From NCBI GenBank assembly GCA_964035575.1, contig OZ037833.1, positions 1,116,001-1,180,000 on the forward strand: a DNA stretch of 64,000 nt. The letters are read 5' to 3'. Shown here one piece after another: positions 56,195 to 64,000 of this stretch. Each line of letters starts with the position of its first letter. Within the stretch, counting starts at the first letter, position 1. This DNA comes from Rhynchopus sp. YZ270_cl-10 (taxonomy: Eukaryota). A model generated the notes under the pieces. The model saw only the letters and a list, made by a program, of their open reading frames with translations, made no database searches and was not told the DNA's origin. Both the position numbers and the translations under genes were made by a program.

Positions 56195-59100
56195 CTAACG
56201 CATCCGTTCTTACGCATCCGTTCTAACGCATCCGTTCTAACGCGTCCGTTCTAACGCGTCCGTTCTAACGCATCCGTTCTAACACGTCCGTTTTAACGCG
56301 TCCGTTCTAACGCGTCCGTTCTTACGCGTCCGTTCTAACGCGTCCGTTCTAACGCGTCCGTTCTAACGCATCCGTTCTTACGCGTCCGTTTTAACGCGTC
56401 CGTTCTAACGAGTCCGTTCTAACGCATCCGTTCTTACGCGTCCGTTCTAACGCGTCCGTTCTAACGAGTCCGTTCTAACGCATCCGTTCTAACGCATCCG
56501 TTCTAACGCGTCCGTTCTTACGCGTCCGTTCTAACGCGTGCGTTCTAACGCATCCGTTCTAACGCGTCCGTTCTAACGCGTCCGTTCTAACGCATCCGTT
56601 CTAACGCGTCCGTTCTAACGCATCCGTTCTGACGCGTCCGTTCTAACGTGTCCGTTCTAACGCGTCCGTTCTAACGCATCCGTTCTAACGCATCCGTTCT
56701 TACGCATCCGTTCTAACGCATCCGTTCTAACGCGTCCGTTCTAACGCGTCCGTTCTAACGCATCCGTTCTAACGCGTCCGTTTTAACGCGTCCGTTCTAA
56801 CGCGTCCGTTCTAACGCATCCGTTCTTACGCATCCGTTCTAACGCATCCGTTCTAACGCGTCCGTTCTAACGCGTCCGTTCTAACGCATCCGTTCTAACG
56901 CGTCCGTTTTAACGCGTCCGTTCTAACGCGTCCGTTCTTACGCGTCCGTTCTAACGCGTCCGTTCTAACGAGTCCGTTCTAACGCATCCGTTCTTACGCG
57001 TCCGTTCTAACGAGTCCGTTCTAACGCATCCGTTCTTACGCGTCCGTTCTAACGCGTCCGTTCTAACGAGTCCGTTCTAACGCATCCGTTCTAACGCATC
57101 CGTTCTAACGCGTCCGTTCTTACGCGTCCGTTCTAACGCGTGCGTTCTAACGCATCCGTTCTAACGCGTCCGTTCTAACGCATCCGTTCTAACGCGTCCG
57201 TTCTAACGCATCCGTTCTGACGCGTCCGTTCTAACGTGTCCGTTCTAACGCGTCCGTTCTAACGCATCCGTTCTAACGCGTCCGTTCTAACGCATCCGTT
57301 CTAACGCATCCGTTCTAACGCGTCCGTTCTAACCGTTCTAACGCGTCCGTTCTAACGCGTCCGTTCTAACGCGTCCGTTCTAACGCATCCGTTCTAACGC
57401 ATCCGTTCTAACGCATCCGTTCTAACGCGTCCGTTCTAACGCGTCCGTTCTAACGCATCCGTTCTAACGCATCCGTTCTAACGCGTCCGTTCTAACGCGT
57501 CCGTTCTAACGCGTCCGTTCTGACGCGTCCGTTCTAACGCGTCCGTTCTGACGAGTCCGTTCTAACGCGTCCGTTCTAACGCATCCGTTCTAACGCGTCC
57601 GTTCTGACGCGTCCGTTCTAACGCATCCGTTCTAACGCGTCCGTTCTAACGCATCCGTTCTTACGCGTCCGTTCTAACGCATCCGTTCTAACGCGTCCGT
57701 TCTAACGCGTCCGTTCTAACGCGTGCGTTCTAACGCATCCGTTCTAACGCGTCCGTTCTAACGCATCCGTTCTAACGCATCCGTTCTAACGCATCCGTTC
57801 TAACGCGTCCGTTCTAACGCGTCCGTTCTAACGCGTGCGTTCTAACGCATCCGTTCTAACGCGTCCGTTCTAACGCATCCGTTCTTACGCATCCGTTCTA
57901 ACGCATCCGTTCTAACGCGTCCGTTCTAACGCATCCGTTCTTACGCATCCGTTCTAACGCGTCCGTTCTAACGCGTCCGTTCTAACGCGTCCGTTCTAAC
58001 GCATCCGTTCTTACGCGTCCGTTCTAACGCATCCGTTCTAACGCGTCCGTTCTGACGCGTCCGTTCTAACGCGTCCGTTCTTACGCATCCGTTCTAACGC
58101 ATCCGTTCTAACGCGTCCGTTCTAACGCGTCCGTTCTAACGCGTCCGTTCTTACGCATCCGTTCTAACGCATCCGTTCTAACGCGTCCGTTCTAACGCAT
58201 CCGTTCTTACTCATCCGTTCTAACGCATCCGTTCTAACGCGTCCGTTCTAACGCATCCGTTCTAACGCATCCGTTCTTACTCATCCGTTCTAACGCATCC
58301 GTTCTTACGCATCCGTTCTAACGCATCCGTTCTAACGCGTCCGTTCTAACGCGTCCGTTCTAACGCATCCGTTCTTACTCATCCGTTCTAACGCATCCGT
58401 TCTAACGCGTCCGTTCTTACGCGTCCGTTCTAACGCATCCGTTCTGATGCGTCCGTTCTATCGCGTTCGTTCTAACGCATCCGTTCTAACGCATCCGTTC
58501 TGATGCGTCCGTTCTAACGCGTCCGTTCTAACGCGTCCGTTCTTACGCGTCCGTTCTAACGCGTCCGTTCTAACGCATCCGTTCTAACGCGTCCGTTCTA
58601 ACGCATCCGTTCTAACGCATCCGTTCTTACTCGTCCGTTCTAACGCATCCGTTTTAACGCGTCCGTTCTTACGCATCCGTTCTAACGCATCCGTTCTAAC
58701 GCGTCCGTTCTGACGCATCCGTTCTAATGCATCCGTTCTAACGCATCCGTTCTTACGCATCTGTTCTAACGCGTCCGTTCTAACGCATCCGTTCTGACGC
58801 ATCCGTTCTAACGCATCCGTTCTTACTCGTCCGTTCTAACGCATCCGTTCTAACGCGTCCGTTCTTACGCATCCGTTCTAACGCATCCGTTCTAACGCGT
58901 CCGTTCTGACGCATCCGTTCTAACGCATCTGTTCTGACGCATCCGTTCTAACGCATCCGTTCTTACTCGTCCGTTCTAACGCATCCGTTCTAACGCATCC
59001 GTTCTAACGCGTCCGTTCTAACGCATCCGTTCTTACTCGTCCGTTCTTACGCATCTGTTCTAACGCGTCCGTTCTAACGCATCCGTTCTTACTCGTCCGT

Positions 59101-62100
59101 TCTAACGCATCCGTTCTAACGCGTCCGTTCTTACGCATCCGTTCTAACGCATCCGTTCTAACGCGTCCGTTCTTACGCATCCGTTCTAACGCATCCGTTC
59201 TTACTCGTCCGTTCTAACGCATCCGTTCTAACGCGTCCGTTCTTACGCATCCGTTCTAACGCATCCGTTCTAACGCGTCCGTTCTGACGCATACGTTCTA
59301 ACGCGTCCGTTCTGACGCATCCGTTCTAACGCGTCCGTTCTAACGCATCCGTTCTAACGCGTCCGTTCTGACGCATCCGTTCTAACGCGTCCGTTCTAAC
59401 GCATCCGTTCTAACGCGTCCGTTCTGACGCATCCGTTCTAATGCATCCGTTCTGACGCGTCCGTTCTGACGCATCCGTTCTAACGCATCCGTTCTTACGC
59501 ATCCGTTCTAACGCATCCGTTCTAACGCATCCGTTCTTACGCATCCGTTCTTACACATCCGTTTCTAACGCATCCGTTCTAACGCGTCCGTTCTTACGCA
59601 TCCGTTCTTACACATCCGTTTCTAACGCATCCGTTCTAACGCGTCCGTTCTAACGCGTCCGTTCTGACGCATCCGTTCTAACGCATCCGTTCTTACGCGT
59701 CCGTTCTAACGCATCCGTTCTGACGCATCCGTTCTTACTCGTCCGTTCTAACGAGTCTGTTCTAACGCATCCGTTCCAACGCATCCGTTCTTACGCATCC
59801 GTTCTAACGCATCCGTTCTAACGCATCCGTTCTTACGCGTCCGTTCTAACGTGTCCGTTCTAACGCGTCCGTTCTAACGCATCCGTTCTAACGCGTCCGT
59901 TCTAACGCATCCGTTCTGACGCATCCGTTCTTACTCGTCCGTTCTAACGAGTCTGTTCTAACGCATCCGTTCCAACGCATCCGTTCTTACGCATCCGTTC
60001 TAACGCATCCGTTCTAACGCATCCGTTCTTACGCGTCCGTTCTAACGTGTCCGTTCTAACGCGTCCGTTCTAACGCGTCCGTTCTAACGCATCCGTTCTA
60101 ACGCATCCGTTCTAACGCATCCGTTCTTACGCATCCGTTCTAACGAGTCTGTTCTAACGCATCCGTTCCAACGCATCCGTTCTTACGCATCCGTTCTAAC
60201 GCATCCGTTCTAACGCATCCGTTCTTACGCGTCCGTTCTAACGTGTCCGTTCTAACGCGTCCGTTCTAACGCATCCGTTCTAACGCATCCGTTCTAACGC
60301 ATCCGTTCTAACGCGTCCGTTCTAACGCGTCCGTTCTAACGCATCCGTTCTAACGCGTCCGTTCTAACGCGTCCGTTCTGACGCGTCCGTTCTAACGCGT
60401 CCGTTCTGACGAGTCCGTTCTAACGCGTCCGTTCTAACGCATCCGTTCTAACGCGTCCGTTCTGACGCGTCCGTTCTAACGCATCCGTTCTAACGCGTCC
60501 GTTCTAACGCATCCGTTCTTACGCATCCGTTCTAACGCATCCGTTCTAACGCGTCCGTTCTAACGCGTCAGTTCTAACGCGTCCGTTCTTACGCATCCGT
60601 TCTAACGCGTCCGTTCTAACGCATCCGTTCTTACGCATCCGTTCTTACGCATCCGTTCTAACGCGTCCGTTCTAACGCGTCCGTTCTAACGCGTCCGTTC
60701 TAACGCATCCGTTCTAACGCATCCGTTCTAACGCATCCGTTCTAACGCGTCCGTTCTAACGCGTCCGTTCTAACGCGTGCGTTCTAACGCATCCGTTCTA
60801 ACGCGTCCGTTCTAACGCATCCGTTCTAACGCATCCGTTCTAACGCATCCGTTCTAACGCGTCCGTTCTAACGCGTCCGTTCTAACGCGTCCGTTCTAAC
60901 GCATCCTTTCTTACGCATCCGTTCTTACGCATCCGTTCTAACGCGTCCGTTCTAACGCGTCCGTTCTAACGCGTCCGTTCTAACGCATCCGTTCTTACGC
61001 GTCCGTTCTAACGCATCCGTTCTAACGCGTCCGTTCTGACGCGTCCGTTCTAACGCGTCCGTTCTTACGCATCCGTTCTAACGCATCCGTTCTAACGCGT
61101 CCGTTCTAACGCGTCAGTTCTAACGCGTCCGTTCTTACGCATCCGTTCTAACGCGTCCGTTCTAACGCATCCGTTCTTACTCATCCGTTCTAACGCATCC
61201 GTTCTAACGCGTCCGTTCTAACGCATCCGTTCTATCGCGTTCGTTCTAACGCATCCGTTCTTACTCATCCGTTCTAACGCATCCGTTCTAACGCGTCCGT
61301 TCTAACGCATCCGTTCTTACTCATCCGTTCTAACGCATCCGTTCTAACGCGTCCGTTCTAACGCATCCGTTCTATCGCGTTCGTTCTAACGCATCCGTTC
61401 TTACTCGTCTGTTCTAACGCATCCGTTCTAACGCGTCCGTTCTAACGCATCCGTTCTGACGCGTCCGTTCTAACGTGTCCGTTCTAACGCGTCCGTTCTA
61501 ACGCATCCGTTCTAACGCGTCCGTTCTAACGCATCCGTTCTAACGCATCCGTTCTAACGCGTCCGTTCTAACGCGTCCGTTCTAACGCGTCCGTTCTAAC
61601 GCGTCCGTTCTAACGCATCCGTTCTAACGCATCCGTTCTAACGCGTCCGTTTTAACGCGTCCGTTCTAACGCGTCCGTTCTAACGCATCCGTTCTTACGC
61701 ATCCGTTCTAACGCATCCGTTCTAACGCGTCCGTTCTAACGCGTCCGTTCTAACGCATCCGTTCTAACGCGTCCGTTTTAACGCGTCCGTTCTAACGCGT
61801 CCGTTCTTACGCGTCCGTTCTAACGCGTCCGTTCTAACGAGTCCGTTCTAACGCATCCGTTCTTACTCGTCCGTTCTAACGAGTCCGTTCTAACGCATCC
61901 GTTCTTACGCGTCCGTTCTAACGCGTCCGTTCTAACGAGTCCGTTCTAACGCATCCGTTCTAACGCATCCGTTCTAACGCGTCCGTTCTTACGCGTCCGT
62001 TCTAACGCGTGCGTTCTAACGCATCCGTTCTAACGCGTCCGTTCTAACGCATCCGTTCTAACGCGTCCGTTCTAACGCATCCGTTCTGACGCGTCCGTTC

Positions 62101-64000
62101 TAACGTGTCCGTTCTAACGCGTCCGTTCTAACGCATCCGTTCTAACGCATCCGTTCTAACGCGTCCGTTCTAACGCGTCCGTTCTAACGCGTCCGTTCTA
62201 ACGCGTCCGTTCTAACGCATCCGTTCTAACGCATCCGTTCTAACGCATCCGTTCTAACGCGTCCGTTCTAACGCGTCCGTTCTGACGCGTCCGTTCTAAC
62301 GCGTCCGTTCTGACGAGTCCGTTCTAACGCGTCCGTTCTAACGCATCCGTTCTTACGCGTCCGTTCTAACGCGTCCGTTCTGACGCGTCCGTTCTAACGC
62401 ATCCGTTCTTACGCGTCCGTTCTAACGCATCCGTTCTAACGCATCCGTTCTAACGCGTCCGTTCTGACGCGTCCGTTCTAACGCATCCGTTCTTACGCGT
62501 CCGTTCTGACGAGTCCGTTCTAACGCGTCCGTTCTAACGCATCCGTTCTAACGCATCCGTTCTAACGCGTCCGTTCTGACGCGTCCGTTCTAACGCATCC
62601 GTTCTTACGCGTCCGTTCTAACGCATCCGTTCTAACGCGTGCGTTCTAACGCATCCGTTCTAACGCGTCCGTTCTAACGCGTCCGTTCTAACGCGTGCGT
62701 TCTAACGCATCCGTTCTAACGCGTCCGTTCTAACGCATCCGTTCTAACGCATCCGTTCTAACGCATCCGTTCTAACGCGTCCGTTCTAACGCGTCCGTTC
62801 TAACGCGTGCGTTCTAACGCATCCGTTCTAACGCGTCCGTTCTAACGCATCCGTTCTTACGCATCCGTTCTAACGCGTCCGTTCTAACGCGTCCGTTCTA
62901 ACGCATCCGTTCTTACGCATCCGTTCTAACGCATCCGTTCTAACGCGTCCGTTCTAACGCATCCGTTCTTACGCATCCGTTCTAACGCGTCCGTTCTAAC
63001 GCGTCCGTTCTAACGCGTCCGTTCTAACGCATCCGTTCTTACGCGTCCGTTCTAACGCATCCGTTCTGACGCGTCCGTTCTAACGCGTCCGTTCTTACGC
63101 ATCCGTTCTAACGCATCCGTTCTAACGCGTCCGTTCTAACGCATCCGTTCTTACTCATCCGTTCTAACGCATCCGTTCTAACGCGTCCGTTCTAACGCAT
63201 CCGTTCTTACTCATCCGTTCTAACGCATCCGTTCTTACGCATCCGTTCTAACGCATCCGTTCTAACGCGTCCGTTCTAACGCGTCCGTTCTAACGCATCC
63301 GTTCTTACTCATCCGTTCTAACGCATCCGTTCTAACGCGTCCGTTCTAACGCATCCGTTCTGATGCGTCCGTTCTATCGCGTTCGTTCTAACGCATCCGT
63401 TCTAACGCATCCGTTCTGATGCGTCCGTTCTAACGCGTCCGTTCTAACGCGTCCGTTCTTACGCGTCCGTTCTAACGCGTCCGTTCTAACGCATCCGTTC
63501 TTACTCGTCCGTTCTAACGCATCCGTTCTAACGCGTCCGTTCTTACGCATCCGTTCTAACGCATCCGTTCTAACGCGTCCGTTCTGACGCATCCGTTCTA
63601 ACGCATCCGTTCTTACGCATCCGTTCTAATGCATCCGTTCTAACGCATCCGTTCTTACGCATCTGTTCTAACGCGTCCGTTCTAACGCATCCGTTCTGAC
63701 GCATCCGTTCTAACGCATCCGTTCTTACTCGTCCGTTCTAACGCGTCCGTTCTTACGCATCCGTTCTAACGCATCCGTTCTAACGCATCTGTTCTAACGC
63801 GTCCGTTCTAACGCATCCGTTCTGACGCATCCGTTCTAACGCATCCGTTCTTACTCGTCCGTTCTAACGCATCCGTTCTTACTCGTCCGTTCTTACGCAT
63901 CTGTTCTAACGCGTCCGTTCTGACGCATCCGTTCTAACGCATCCGTTCTGACGCATCCGTTCTAACGCATCCGTTCTAACGCGTCCGTTCTAACGCATCC
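56181..64000. repeat. 14-bp satellite (CTAACGC[A/G]TCCGTT)n, >=7.8 kb (~560 units), running off the window
   Basis: Direct reading; recurrent variants CTTAC, CTGAC, CGAGT, TTTAAC and ACTC arranged in repeated blocks. Confidence 0.98.

Noticed and set aside
56181..64000. 14-bp array as telomere, and ORFs within it
   Set aside because: Not TTAGGG-like, the G-richer strand points inward relative to the right end, and units are heterogeneous; the ORFs are translations of the repeat.

Overview
Eukaryotic, intron-containing, repeat-rich genomic DNA. A euglenozoan such as a diplonemid is my inference, based on all host genes lying on the minus strand, short GT-AG introns and a gag-YR-RT/RH retroelement. 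Host genes: a >=2,894-aa secreted Cys-rich protein with four vWA domains (runs off the left edge), a spliced DHHC palmitoyltransferase, a 3-exon ~3,120-aa fibronectin-III protein, a stand-alone PurH IMP-cyclohydrolase-like domain, an EF-hand dynein LC4-like protein, an NT-C2/coiled-coil/adaptin-appendage-like protein and a spliced P-loop NTPase. Two accessory systems stand out. (1) At 30.2-40.4 kb, a VIPER/TATE-type tyrosine-recombinase retrotransposon with split direct repeats occurs as one intact copy, one internally deleted copy and four solo 304-bp terminal units, all embedded in an 11-bp (GAGAGGGGGGT)n minisatellite. It also has a candidate gag->YR -1 frameshift signal. (2) At 54.5-64 kb, an endogenous Polinton/adintovirus-like fragment (AGN-motif ORF, minor capsid/penton, small ORF, PLA2X-like gene) whose PLA2-like coding sequence runs seamlessly into a >=7.8-kb 14-bp satellite that appears to be seeded from its own codons. 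Intergenic DNA contains several TIR elements with identifiable TSDs, some nested, and several perfect short tandem arrays.
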